Below, in pieces: positions 29,110-40,998 of a stretch of DNA of 64,000 bases. A model generated the notes under the pieces. That model was not told where the DNA came from and did no database searches. It saw only the letters and a list, made by a program, of their open reading frames with translations. Origin of the DNA: Bilabrum cf. latius (taxonomy: Eukaryota); contig CBCXTV010000001.1 of assembly GCA_965178125.1 (NCBI GenBank), positions 1 through 64,000 of the forward strand, read 5' to 3'. Both the position numbers and the translations under genes were made by a program. Numbering within the stretch: position 1 is the first letter of the stretch; every line of letters begins with the position of its first letter.

Positions 29110-30402
29110 ATGCTCGTGTCCTTGGCTTCGTATTTCTCCGCGTATTCTTCAAACGCGGGCGCACGTCTCCTACCGATTCGTGGTCGGTTTCCGAGGCCGA
29201 TCGCGAGTCGGGAAATGCGCCCGCGATGCGCTCTCGATCTCGGAAAGGGCGGGAGTCCGTTCTTGCATTCGGAATGGGCGGGGAGTTGCTTTTCCTGGGA
29301 GCATGTGCGAGATTCCTTCTCCGCGGGTCCTCTTTCGGCTTCGGCAGTCAGCAGCGCACTCTGCGGGAACGGCATTCTCCGAGTCTCTTTGCCGATGATG
29401 TCTGAGGAGAAACCGTCCGAGAGCATTGCTGTTTCCTTGGGAGACGGCCGCAATCTTCGTGCGCGTCGAGGCGCCGGTGATATGGGAAACGAGGGCGGCA
29501 TGTTGGCGCGCGAGGTCGACGCGCCGGCGGAGCACGCCGGCGCGGCGGCAAGCGTCGATGATTCGGGCGGCCCCCACATCGAGAGCGGCGGCGCGGAGGC
29601 GGCGTCCACGGGGATGCTCGGAGAGGAGAGCGGCAAGGCAGCGCCGAAGGAGGACGCCGAAGACGACGGCGGCAAGAAGACGGAGGAGGAGGATGCTCGC
29701 GGCGGTGGACGTGCTGTGGTGCCCGGAGGTAATGACGACGTATGGACCAACGCAGCAGCTTGGAAGGCGGGTGGCGGCGTGGCAGCCGGGGCGGTCTCTG
29801 GCGCTGATAGCTGGGATCTATGGGGGACCCCTGCGAAGTCGTCATGGGGGGAGACGTACGTGCTGCGGCAGGTCGCGTCGGAGCCGGCGGAGGAGGCGAC
29901 ATGGACTTGCAACGCGTGCCAGTGCTGCAAGCCCCGGTCGGCGTACTTTAAGAAGTGGAAGGACTGGATCCAACCAGTTTGCCGGGTGTGTTGCGACAAG
30001 TTCGACAACGCGACGCCGTGGTGGGTGTGGTGCAAGAGCTGCAAAAACGAGTATCCGGCGTACCGATTTCCCCAGATCCGCCGGAAGAAGGAGAACTTGC
30101 GCTATTTCTTCCCTGAGGACTGGTGCGCGAAGTGCCTGGTTGCGCGTGGCTGGAGTCTCCATGATGTCCGTTCCTCTGCGGGTGAAGCGAAGCGTTGGGT
30201 GCCAAAAGCTGGCGCGAATACCGGTGACGGCGACAACGACGCTCGTGCTCCCGCACGCGACGAGCTTCCTGCAGGAGGCGCCGCCTCCTGCAGCAACGCC
30301 GTGCGTCAGAGTTCTTCGCGTGACGAGGCCTTGGATGACATCAAGCGGGCCATGGAGCTTCTCCAGAATGCGGAAAGGTTCCTCCTCACGATGCCAGCGT
30401 GA
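29110..30402 (+). CDS. ZnF1, copy 2
   Basis: Near-identical to 1913-3205. Confidence 0.7.
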   Translation: MLVSLASYFSAYSSNAGARLLPIRGRFPRPIASREMRPRCALDLGKGGSPFLHSEWAGSCFSWEHVRDSFSAGPLSASAVSSALCGNGILRVSLPMMSEEKPSESIAVSLGDGRNLRARRGAGDMGNEGGMLAREVDAPAEHAGAAASVDDSGGPHIESGGAEAASTGMLGEESGKAAPKEDAEDDGGKKTEEEDARGGGRAVVPGGNDDVWTNAAAWKAGGGVAAGAVSGADSWDLWGTPAKSSWGETYVLRQVASEPAEEATWTCNACQCCKPRSAYFKKWKDWIQPVCRVCCDKFDNATPWWVWCKSCKNEYPAYRFPQIRRKKENLRYFFPEDWCAKCLVARGWSLHDVRSSAGEAKRWVPKAGANTGDGDNDARAPARDELPAGGAASCSNAVRQSSSRDEALDDIKRAMELLQNAERFLLTMPA

Positions 30403-31479
30403 CGCGGGAGCTTCCCGAATGGGTCCGTCGTACTGTGAGGGCGCTCCGGAAGGAAGAGCGCGAGTGAGTCATCCTTGCGCCGAGGTGAGCGCGACGTCGG
30501 AGGAGCACGGTCGTTTGATTGGGAACGATATGGTCGGCAGAGTGTGAAAATCCGAGTTTCTCGTGCAGGATTGGGCAGCTCTCTAGATATCTTGCCTGGG
30601 AAGGGTGTGATGTGGTGGGAGCGCTTCCGCCTCACGTGGCAGACGTCCACACTTCCTGGTTCCCCGGCAGGCTGTTTGGCGAGACGGAGTGGCAAAGCAT
30701 CCGCCTGCTGATTCCTACTTTGTTACCTCGATTGTGAGCTCGGAGCTTGGGGCGGAGGATTCTGCGGGCAGCTCATGTGTGCCTAGAGTGTCATCCCGCG
30801 ACCCTCTGACTTCTGTTCGTGGCTTTACCTCTTCGCGCAGGAAGATTCCTCATGAGGCAAGCCCGGTCCGAACTCGCGTGGGATGCCGTGCGCTGGTGCG
30901 GCTTCCACTCATCCCCGGGGTGGGGAGCGCTGGGTAAAGGATCGTCTGTCCCTGCAAGTTTCGATTCGGCGAGGTGCGGCAGCATGACGCGGACCGAGGT
31001 GAAGTCCTTTGTCCGCGATAGGTCGCCGCGTCGCGCGGTGGCGACCCCACAGCGCCCCAATCCCATTCCGGAGAGGGGGTGTGATGCAGTGGGAGCCCTT
31101 CCGCCTCACGTGACAGACGTTCACACTTCCTGGTTCCCATAAGGTCTTCAGCACAGCGCATGCGAGGCAGGCTGTTCGGCGAGACGTAGTGGCATCGCCC
31201 CCGCCTGCTCATTCCTACTTTGTTACCTCGATTGTCAGCTTGGGGCTCGGGGCGGCGGATTCAGCGGGCAGCTCATGTATGCTGGAGTGTCATCCCGCGA
31301 CCTCTGACTTCTGTCCGTGGCTTTACCTCTTCGCGCAGGAAGATTCCTCATGAGGCAAGCCCGGTGCGAACTCCTGTGGGATGCCGTGCGCTGGTTCGGA
31401 TTCCACTCATGCCCGATGTGGGGAGCGCTAGGGTAAAGGATCGTCTGTCCCTGCAAGTTTCGATTCGGCTCGAGTCAAT

Positions 31480-32025
31480 GTGAGGAAGGAGAGGTGCGGC
31501 AGCATGACGCGGAACGAGGTGACGTCCTTTGTCCGCGATAGGTCGCCGCGTCGCGCGGTGGCGACCCCGCAGCGCCCAAACCCCGCCCCGCCTAGTCCTC
31601 ACTCGACAGCGGTGTCGAACCTGCAGCAGCGCTTCGAGAACATGCAGCAGCGTGCGGAAAGCTTGAGCGCTCAGCTGGAGTACGCCCAAAGTGTGATCAG
31701 GCTGCTCTCAGGCCTGTTGCGCGATGAGGCTCCTCGGTTCTATGCAGACTTTGATCCCGTGATTCGGCGTGCGATGTCTGGCGCAAGCGGCTCCGTTGCG
31801 GGTAGGTCTTTCCGTCTTGTGGACGGAGGCGTCATCCACGGACCTGACACAGCAGTCGCTGCTCCTCCGCGTCGTCTCATCGTTGAGGTGCGTACGGACT
31901 GGGAGATGACCGAGACTGCCTCAACTGTGCTGGATTCCTCAGGATCAGACGACATGGGTTCCGAGGACTCGCCGCCGCCGACCGTCGTCCTCCCCAGCGG
32001 CGCGGCGGGCGCCGGCGGTGCCTAG
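31480..32025 (+). CDS. Coiled-coil protein, copy 2
   Basis: Near-identical to 4284-4829 (H>Y change). Confidence 0.55.
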   Translation: MRKERCGSMTRNEVTSFVRDRSPRRAVATPQRPNPAPPSPHSTAVSNLQQRFENMQQRAESLSAQLEYAQSVIRLLSGLLRDEAPRFYADFDPVIRRAMSGASGSVAGRSFRLVDGGVIHGPDTAVAAPPRRLIVEVRTDWEMTETASTVLDSSGSDDMGSEDSPPPTVVLPSGAAGAGGA

Positions 32026-32563
32026 TCCTCGGCAGCTCCTGCATCGGAGCCTCCTGTCGAGATTCGATCGCGCAACGTCGTTCCTTACATTGCTTGCCGT
32101 CGCATGTGCCGGGCGGTGGTGGGTGTGCGTGTTCGCCGAAAGTTCCCGGCCTCGTCTTCCTCAGGAGAGCTCCTCGACCCGAAATTGGCAGCTCAGCGCT
32201 GCCGTGGCCGATACAGTACCCGTGCATGGCCAGTTGGCAGCTACGCGCTGCCGTTGCCAATGTCGTCCGCACGAGAGCAGAGTGGCAGCTCAGCGCAGGC
32301 GAGAAACCGCGCTCGCAATGCTGCGAGGTGTATTCAATGCTGTGCACGTGTCTATCCCTCTCCCTGGTTTTGTCTCGCTTGCGCCAGTGTGACCGCAGCA
32401 GAGCGGGTGCTTCCCGTGCGTCTTCAGCTTTGAGCACTCCTCCAGCGACAGGAAGGCATTCGCTTGCTCTCGCTCCCCGCCTGCGTCCTATCCCTCCCGG
32501 GTATCTTCAGAGGCCACAGGCAGTGCGAAGCTTGGCAGCGGGTCCGTCCGCGTCGTTTCGGCT

Positions 32564-34201
32564 GTGAGCGATCTTCTGCCCGGTTCCTCACGCGTCATAA
32601 TGTCCTCTGCTTCGGTGCCGGATCAGCTCGCACGGATCAGTAAGGAGCTGAAGTGTCTCAGAGACGCGAGACAACGGGCGCGCAATGGGCTGCGCCATCC
32701 GTGGTTGCGCGCCATGGAGGCACAGGTCGCTGAGGTTATTCGTCATCACCCCGGCGGTGGCGAGGCAGCTCTTCGAACCTATGTCTCTCGTCAGTTGCAG
32801 AGTCGACAGGTTTCCACGCGGACGGCTTCGCAGGAGGAGTTTCAAAGGCAGGTCGATGAGGAGGTCGCGCTCACCATGAGGCGCCCAGCTGAGGCGTGGC
32901 AGCGAAATCCTCTTCGCTCATGTCATCGAGAGTCCGTGGCACGCGCAGAGACCTTTCTCGCCGAGGCTTCTGTCGTTGCTTGGATCGACCATGTGAACGA
33001 GCAGCGTGGGTGTGCTCCAACTGGGAACATGGTTTTCGCCATGCTTGCGAGGATGGGCGTTCGCGCGGGGAAGGACTCGGCTCGACGGCAGTGGCTCCTG
33101 CGCTTCCGTCGTCGTTGGCGGCTTCGGCATGGCCGATTGAAGAAGCAGCCCCCGGTAACACTCGATTACGTCAGACTCGCGTGTCGTGTCTTCTATCAGT
33201 GGATTGAATTCGCAGAAGCGCGAGTGCCCCCCAACCGCCGCCTCGTCTTTGTGAATTTCGATGAGTCCAGCGTGCCCTTTGCCTTTCCGGGAATGCGCGG
33301 GTACATCGCACCGAGGTCAGGAACGGAGCCCGCTTCGCTTGGTTCGCGCACGGAGCGCCTCGCCTCGAATAGCAATCGAGGATCGTACACCTTTCTGGGT
33401 TTTATTAGCGACTGCCCGGAAATCCAGCGACGACTCCCGCGTATACTCATCGGGAAGCACACGCGGCTGAGCAAGCGCTTGATGCGTGGGGCGCCGAACC
33501 AAATGGTGGACGGAATGGAAGTCTGGGCCCGAGAGAGCTCGTGGGTGACGCAGTCCCTCATGTTCGACATTCTGCGTCGGCTTTTCGCTTCTTGGATGGA
33601 CATTCAGCATGAGATCTATCCAATAGTGATACTTGACTGCGCGCCCCAACACATTTCCACTGAGATTGTGAACTTCGCACACGGCCTTGGCATGGATCTC
33701 GTGTTTATTCCTGGTCGACTCACCTTCCTGCTTCAGCCGTTGGACGTTCTCGTCTTTCAGCTTCTTAAGCGCGACCTTCGGGAGACGTGGATGCAGGAGC
33801 GCTCGCGTCATGAAGCGGGTCATGTCGATGTCTCTTGCCATCTCAGGGTTGTCGCTGAGTGCACGAAGAGAGTGCTCTCGTCTGGCTCGTGGCAAGGCGC
33901 TTTCGATATGACAGGCATTACCAGCGGCAGGCGCCGCTTGCATTCGACCCTACGGCGCTTGTTTGAGTGTGACATGGAGGACATCTCCAGCGATGCTCCG
34001 TCTGTCGACCAGCTCCGCTTCATCAGCAGTCCGCAGCAGCCTCTCCCGCACGATGCGCTCATCAACAGGGCCCCAGTCGCGTCCGGACACGCGGTCGACG
34101 GAGGCGTCCACGGTGGTAACGCTCGCCGCGTGCCTCGTGGCCGCAGACTAAACGGATGGACCCCCCGCGATCGCGCTCACCCCTCGGCGGCCATGCCGTG
34201 A
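32564..34201 (+). CDS. pogo-type DD35D transposase, copy 2
   Basis: Translation identical to 5368-7005. Confidence 0.92.
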   Translation: MSDLLPGSSRVIMSSASVPDQLARISKELKCLRDARQRARNGLRHPWLRAMEAQVAEVIRHHPGGGEAALRTYVSRQLQSRQVSTRTASQEEFQRQVDEEVALTMRRPAEAWQRNPLRSCHRESVARAETFLAEASVVAWIDHVNEQRGCAPTGNMVFAMLARMGVRAGKDSARRQWLLRFRRRWRLRHGRLKKQPPVTLDYVRLACRVFYQWIEFAEARVPPNRRLVFVNFDESSVPFAFPGMRGYIAPRSGTEPASLGSRTERLASNSNRGSYTFLGFISDCPEIQRRLPRILIGKHTRLSKRLMRGAPNQMVDGMEVWARESSWVTQSLMFDILRRLFASWMDIQHEIYPIVILDCAPQHISTEIVNFAHGLGMDLVFIPGRLTFLLQPLDVLVFQLLKRDLRETWMQERSRHEAGHVDVSCHLRVVAECTKRVLSSGSWQGAFDMTGITSGRRRLHSTLRRLFECDMEDISSDAPSVDQLRFISSPQQPLPHDALINRAPVASGHAVDGGVHGGNARRVPRGRRLNGWTPRDRAHPSAAMP

Positions 34202-35220
34202 CCTCGACCACGACCATGTCAGGGGCGAACGCGACTTCGTCAACCTCGAGCACGACCATCCCAGCGGCGAACGCGGCTTCCTCGATGGGATCCCTGACCC
34301 CGACGAAGCTTCCCCGACCTCGGCCACGTGAACCTGCAGGCGCATTCTTGCCCGATGTGCCCGCGCAGGTGGCGGCCTGCACGGCGTGGGCGCCACCGTT
34401 TCGTCGACCAGACAGCTCAGCCACTCCGGCGACGCGCGAGGCGGCAACGTCCACGTGCATCAATCCGTGGACCGCTCTCTCCTGGTATCCGACACCACCG
34501 CAGCCGACGGACCCCCCTTCCGACAGGCCTCGCGAGGTACCGAACCGGAGCTCCCGGCAGCAGCGCAGGCGTCATGCTTGGGGCGGCACGTGGGTGTTCG
34601 ACGACGCCATTACGCTCAGCGATTGCGGGTCGAGGGTGCAGATCGACGCGCCGCAGTCGAAGCTCTTGGCGATGGTCCTGCCCCGGAAGTCGGGCCAGTG
34701 GATTCCTCGTAGGCTGCGCTCGCGTACGATCTGGTATTTGGCTGGGGAGCAGTCGGCCGTGATCACCAACCTCAAGTGCCAGGCCTGCAGTCGGGTCAAG
34801 CACGCGGACAGCTTCAACCCGAAGAGCTTGCGTCGGGCTCAGTACTCGTTGCTGCATTCCCTGTGGCCCGGCTACATACGACGTACCGAGCGGTCTATTT
34901 GGTGCACGCAGTGTGCGGTGGAGGACCAGTTGATGCAGGGCAACTTTCCGGACGGCTACTGTTTCCGGATCCGCGCCACACTCGAAATTTGCCATCAAGA
35001 TCGCGTCGCGGCCAAGCTGTTTGCAGTGCACGACAGTAACGCTCTCTTCGAGCAGATCCCGCTGAGCTCCCGTGCGGCCATGGACGTGGCGGAGCAGTTG
35101 CGCCGATACTGGCAGGATGCCGTGTCCTCAGACGGCCAGAGCAACATCTTCCACAGCGACCACGTTTCGACAGACGACGACTCTGAGTTCGCACCGGGCG
35201 GACCGGAGAGCGTGCCGTGA
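34156..35220 (+). CDS. ZnF2, copy 2
   Basis: Translation identical to 6960-8024. Confidence 0.6.
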   Translation: MDPPRSRSPLGGHAVTSTTTMSGANATSSTSSTTIPAANAASSMGSLTPTKLPRPRPREPAGAFLPDVPAQVAACTAWAPPFRRPDSSATPATREAATSTCINPWTALSWYPTPPQPTDPPSDRPREVPNRSSRQQRRRHAWGGTWVFDDAITLSDCGSRVQIDAPQSKLLAMVLPRKSGQWIPRRLRSRTIWYLAGEQSAVITNLKCQACSRVKHADSFNPKSLRRAQYSLLHSLWPGYIRRTERSIWCTQCAVEDQLMQGNFPDGYCFRIRATLEICHQDRVAAKLFAVHDSNALFEQIPLSSRAAMDVAEQLRRYWQDAVSSDGQSNIFHSDHVSTDDDSEFAPGGPESVP

Positions 35221-38200
35221 GGGACCGCAGCGACAGTAGCGTCGCTTAGGTGAGGAGCGGGTGCCAATGCTCTTTTGAAAATGGTGTGTCGTACGTACGG
35301 CAGGAGCCGTCGGTGGGAGCGGGGCGGATCCTGCGGGAAGTCGTGGAGACTGAGGGCAGAGACTCTCGGGTCGGTCAGGGTCTCATGTAACGTGCTGTTC
35401 ACCGCAGAGGTATGTGCGGATCTTGGTGGATCTCTCGAGGACATGGGTGGCATACCGTTGTGCATCCGTTCCCCGGGGGGGGCGGTCGCAGAAGAGTGCA
35501 CACGAAAACAAGAGGAAAGGAGACCAACCCCCCAAACCCACGTAGTGCGATCCTGGGGGGTACCCTATAAGGTACTAAGAATCCTTCTCCCGAAAATCGC
35601 ACTACCTCGGGCCACAACGTCTTGGTGGATTCCTCGAGGACATGGGTGGCATACCGTTGTGCATCCGTTCCCCGTCGCTCCCTAACGTCTTCAGTGGCAG
35701 GTTCGGAAAAGACACCTCCGTAGGCACGCGACAAGTCCCGGTGAAGCGGGCTCGCACCGCGCTGGGCGGGAGATCGTGAGCGCTTAGAGGACCGGAGCTT
35801 TCGGGCGGGTGCGTGTCTCGACAAACTCCCTCTTGACCACGGGCGGGGAACGTGTAGGGCGGAAGCTAAAGACACCGTAAGTAGCGGAGGGCTAACATTC
35901 CGTCCTTCGGTGAGAGCCAAAAGTTCGAGTCTGCGAGAGACTATTATACGAAGTTCTCCCCTCCTCATACGTGCGCATAGCCTCCTCACGCGGTAGCGCG
36001 AGCGCGGGACCCGGACCTGTCCCTGATGGGCGTGAATCTGAACCCGGCGTACTCTCCTAGTCTGTCACTTCCACGACCTTGTTGTCGCGGAACCACTTGC
36101 ACGGAGAGGAACCTGTCGTTCAAGCGGGTGCAGCCGGACGCGCAGGTGTAGTGCATCGCCTTGCATATGTGCACGGCCAAGTAGATGCCGGAACCGTAGA
36201 GGTATCACACTTCCCGCGGAGCTTGGGTGGGTCTTTCGCTGCTGTCGTCTGCTCCAGAAGGTTTGCGCCAAAAACCGGAAAACTTCTAAGACAGAGGTGG
36301 GATGCCAGGAGCTCACGGTCCTGCCGGATTGGGGAGGTCCATGCCCACGCGAGCCGGGTACGCGTCCAAATCAACGCACAGAGCGGGAGCTGAGGGCGCC
36401 AAGGACGCTCACTGTCAGGCACACACAACGCGCACAGAATTCGTCATTTCGCGTTCAAAGCCTGCCAACGACGTGGCGCTTGGCGAAATGTGGTGGGTGG
36501 CGAAGATGTGGTACTTCGCCGTGCCTTTCTCTATGACGGCCAAGCGTGCACTCGCCATCGCGCTCGGACGCCACAGGAAGAGATCCCAGCTCGCAGCTCC
36601 GCCGCCTCATCCAGGAGTAAGGCGAAGTCGAATCGTGAATAGCGCTTCGCACCTTCACAGAGCCGAGGATCACAGATAGGCCCCGCCTCACAGAACCCAG
36701 CGCCATAGGGCAGAGCGTGAAGTACCTGGCCGCTTGGCTTGGCCGGACCCCCGCCCGCCCTCCGCCGGCAGCTCCTCCCGTCCGTCCCTATGGAGGCAGA
36801 TCCGCGTACCCATGCTGCGGCGGGATCCTGACACAATCCGCTCCTCTTAGTGTGTGGCCGTGGGGCATGAGTGGAGCAGCATCGGGCCCTCACCAGCCGT
36901 GGAACGGAAGCAGCTCTCCGTGCGGCAGCTGTGCGATGCACAGACCTCGTCCCAAAGATACGGATCCATTTTGCCGTCTTCCCGCGCATACTGCATCGCT
37001 CTGCAAAACTGCATTGCGCAGTGGATCCCCGAGCGTCGACTGCCAATAGCAGGCGGCCTCGCAAGGCCTTCATGGACGCAGGATTTGGGCTTCTTCATCG
37101 TAAATTTGGGGTCTGCTCAGCGCGCGAAAATTCCAACGCTTCAAAATGATCCGGACGTCGCGAGAAGGGAAACTCGTTGCTTGCTCACCTGTGCGGAGGG
37201 GTTGGATGCCCGATGTGCTAAAGAGAGGATACTGTCCGTCGGCGTTCTCTCTTCACCTTGTGCGGAAGGGTTGGGTGCCTGATTTCAGACAGAGAAGGTC
37301 TCGTCCGTTGGGAGCGCTTAGGAATACTTCCGGATGGGGCGTCCAGACGCGGTCCAGGACCTCCAGCTCGTCGGGGTCAATGTCGCCCGCGCCGTCCGTG
37401 CCTTTGACGCCTCTGGATCGATGATGCCCACGATCTTTGTCATCTCGGACGACACACGTCCCAGCTGCTCTTTGGTAGTGCATTACCTCATTGACCCCGA
37501 AGCGTTGAATATTTAATGAAGACCCTTCGGAAGCTGGCGAAGTTTGTCAGCTTGTCGGAGCGCAGCCTGGGTCCTTGTCAACAAACATGGAGGGTTTCGG
37601 GGCGGATTTCCAGCGTTCCGCCTTGATATCGAGTGCACCTCGAGGTCGGGATCGAAGCGGGGCGGGCGGTTCGTCATCCTCTGTGATACGCTTAGGAGGC
37701 GCCGACTTGATGCCCACCTTGTCCCCCAATCACTCCAGACGTAACTGGGGAACTCTTCCCGTCGTGGGCCGGGTACGCCTCCGAATCCCACGCGAGCCGT
37801 TCCCCACGGCGCACCGATAAGCGCCGCTGCAAGCGTACCAAGAGGGGCGTACCAAGAGGTGCTTCCTTCGCTCGGCAGTGTGGCACTTCAAGCAGTAGAA
37901 TGTGCCACTCCCAGCACGTAGGTGGAGTTTGCGAGCTGCCGGCCGACATGCTCGTGTGGTGACCTCCGGCGCACCGATAAGTGCCGCTGCAAGCGCACCA
38001 ATACTACTTCGCTTGGGAGCGAGGCACTTTAAGCAATGCAGTGCGCCGGTTTTCGTGCACGCCCAGTCGCGCGGACGCCGCAGGTGGCTTGGCCGTAGGA
38101 TAGAATTAGTGGCGGGTCGGTTTTGCATGTCTTCCCTCTCCTCTTGATATGGTACACAAAGGCAAGAGCCTGACGATGCAGACGGAACTCCTGGATTTCA

Positions 38201-39675
38201 CCGCCACATTCCTAGTCAAGACAGCCCTCGACTAAACAGACGCCGAGTTATCTTGAGCAGCATCCCACGACGCAGTGATGTGGACGGCAAGGGTGATGCC
38301 ATGCTTTCCGGGCCTCCCATGTGACCGCTTTTTGCGTACCGAAACACTTTCCGGGGTCGACGCCCCGGCGGAACACGCCGGCGCGGCGGCAAGCGTCGAT
38401 GTTGCGGGCGGCCCAGCCATGAGGTACATGATCAAGTACACGGAAAGCACGCAGAGCGTCGTCAATCCGTTCGTGAGCCGCGAGTTCCAAAAGGTCTTCG
38501 AGACATCCGCCCGGAAAGCACGCAGAGCATCGTCAATCCGTTCGTGAGCCGCGAGTTCCAGAAGGTCTTCGAGCACATCCCCCCGGAAAGCACGCAGAGC
38601 ATCGTCAATCCGTTCGTGAGCCGCGAATTCCAGAAGGTCTTCGAGCACATCCCCCCGGAAAGCACGCAGAGCATCGTCAATCCGTTCGTGAGCCGCGAAT
38701 TCCAAAAGGTCTTCGAGCACATCCCCCGGATGATGTCGAGCATGCGGACGCCCTGCTCCGGATGATGTCGGCCATGCGGACGCTCTTCCCAGACCTTGCG
38801 CGGCAGCGGGACGAAAATGGAGCTCTCCCTGCACCGCAAGCACGCCGGAAACCTGGTGCACTTCCACGTGTGCATGACGGACTCCGAGAGGTCGCATCGT
38901 TGTCGCGTGGCGGAGGATTTCATTTGGGCCGGCAGCAGGCCGAATGTCGTGTACGGCTTTAAGGTACCGAACCGGAGCTCCCGGCAGCAGCGCAGGCGGC
39001 ATGCTTGGGGCGGCACGTGGATCTTCGACGACGCCATTACGCTCAGCGATTGCGGGTCGAGGGTGCAGATCGACGCGCCGCAGTCGAAGGTCTTGGCGAT
39101 GGTAATGCCCCGGAAGTCGGGCCAGTGGATTCCTCATAGGCTGCGCTCGCGTACGATCTGGTATTTGGGTGGGGAGCAGTCGGCCGTGATCACCAACCTC
39201 AAGTGCCAGGCCTGCCCCGGAAGTCGGGCCAGGGCATTCTCCGAGTCTCTTTGCCGATGATGTCTGAGGAGAAACCGTCCGAGAGCATTGCTGTTTCCTT
39301 GGGAGACGGCCGCAATCTTCGTGGGCGTCAAGGCGCCGGTAATATGGGAAACGAGGGCGGCATGTTGGCGCGCGAGGTCGACGCCCCGGCGGAGGGGGGG
39401 GGCCGTACGTGCCGTGACAGGTCGCGCCGGAGCCGGCGGAGGAGGCGACATGGACTTGCAACGCGTGCCAGGGCCTAAGCCCCGGTCAGAGTACTTCAAG
39501 AAGTGGAAGGACTGGATCCAACCAGTTTGCCGGGTGTGTTACGACAAGTTCGACAGCGCGACGCCGTGGTGGGTGAGGTGCAAGAACTGCAAAAACGAGT
39601 TTCCGGCGTACCGATTTCCCCAGATCCGCCGGAAGAGGGACGGGCCTCGATCTCGGAAAGGGCGGGAGTCCGTTC

Positions 39676-40998
39676 TTGCATTCGGAATGGGCGGGGAGTT
39701 GCTTTTCCTGGGAGCATGTGCGAGATTCCTTCTCCGCGGGTCCTCTTTCGGCTTCGGCAGTCAGCAGCGCACTCTGCGGGAACGGCATTCTCCGAGTCTC
39801 TTTGCCGATGATGTCTGAGGAGAAACCGTCTGAAAGCATTGCTGTTTCCTTGGGAGACGGCCGCAATCTTCGTGGGCGTCGAGGCGCCGGTGATATGGGA
39901 AACGAGGGCGGCATGTTGGCGCGCGAGGTCGACGCGCCGGCGGAGCACGCCGGCGCGGCGGCAAGCGTCGATGATTCGGGCGGCCCCCACATCGAGAGCG
40001 GCGGCGCGGAGGCGGCGTCCACGGGGATGCTCGGAGAGGAGAGCGGCAAGGCAGCGCCGAAGGAGGACGCCGAAGACGACGGCGGCAAGAAGACGGAGGA
40101 GGAGGATGCTCGCGGCGGTGGACGTGCTGTGGTGCCCGGAGGTAATGACGACGTATGGACCGACGCAGCAGCTTGGAAGGCGGGTGGCGGCGTGGCAGCC
40201 GGGGCGGTCTCTGGCGCTGATAGCTGGGCTCTATGGGGGACCCCTGCGAAGTCGTCATGGGGGGAGACGTACGTGCCGCGGCAGGTCGCGTCGGAGCCGG
40301 CGGAGGAGGCGACATGGACTTGCAACGCGTGCCAGTGCTGCAAGCCCCGGTCGGCGTACTTCAAGAAGTGGAAGGACTGGATCCAACCAGTTTGCCGGGT
40401 GTGTTGCGACAAGTTCGACAACGCGACGCCGTGGTGGGTGTTGTGCAAGAACTGCAAAAACGAGTATCCGGCGTACCGATTTCCCCAGATCCGCCGGAAG
40501 AAGGAGAACTTGCGCTATTTCTTCCCTGAGGACTGGTGCGCGAAGTGCCTGGTTGCGCGTGGCTGGAGTCTCCATGATGTCCGTTCCTCTGCGGGTGAAG
40601 CGAAGCGTTGGGTGCCAAAAGCTGGCGCGAATACCGGTGACGGCGACAACGACGCTCGTGCTCCCGCACGCGACGAGCTTCCTGCAGGAGGCGCCGCCTC
40701 CTGCAGCAACGCCGTGCATCAGAGTTCTTCGCGTGACGAGGCCTTGGATGACATCAACCGGGCCATGGAGCTTCTCCGGAATGCGGAGAAATTCATCTCC
40801 GCGATGCCATCGTGCATGCAGTGTGCGGTGCAGGACCAGTTGATGCAGGGCATCGTCAAAGACCAGGCCCTCTTGGATATCTTCTCCGGCAAGATAACGG
40901 ACTGGATCAAATACCATCCGGCCACTCTTGGGGCGATCCAATCCTATCGAAACGCATGGCTGTGGGCCGACGGAATGGCTCATGGTTGTCGAGGATGA
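39676..40998 (+). CDS. Chimeric ZnF1/ZnF2/glycosyltransferase ORF, copy 2
   Basis: Near-identical to 12978-14300. Confidence 0.45.
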   Translation: MHSEWAGSCFSWEHVRDSFSAGPLSASAVSSALCGNGILRVSLPMMSEEKPSESIAVSLGDGRNLRGRRGAGDMGNEGGMLAREVDAPAEHAGAAASVDDSGGPHIESGGAEAASTGMLGEESGKAAPKEDAEDDGGKKTEEEDARGGGRAVVPGGNDDVWTDAAAWKAGGGVAAGAVSGADSWALWGTPAKSSWGETYVPRQVASEPAEEATWTCNACQCCKPRSAYFKKWKDWIQPVCRVCCDKFDNATPWWVLCKNCKNEYPAYRFPQIRRKKENLRYFFPEDWCAKCLVARGWSLHDVRSSAGEAKRWVPKAGANTGDGDNDARAPARDELPAGGAASCSNAVHQSSSRDEALDDINRAMELLRNAEKFISAMPSCMQCAVQDQLMQGIVKDQALLDIFSGKITDWIKYHPATLGAIQSYRNAWLWADGMAHGCRG

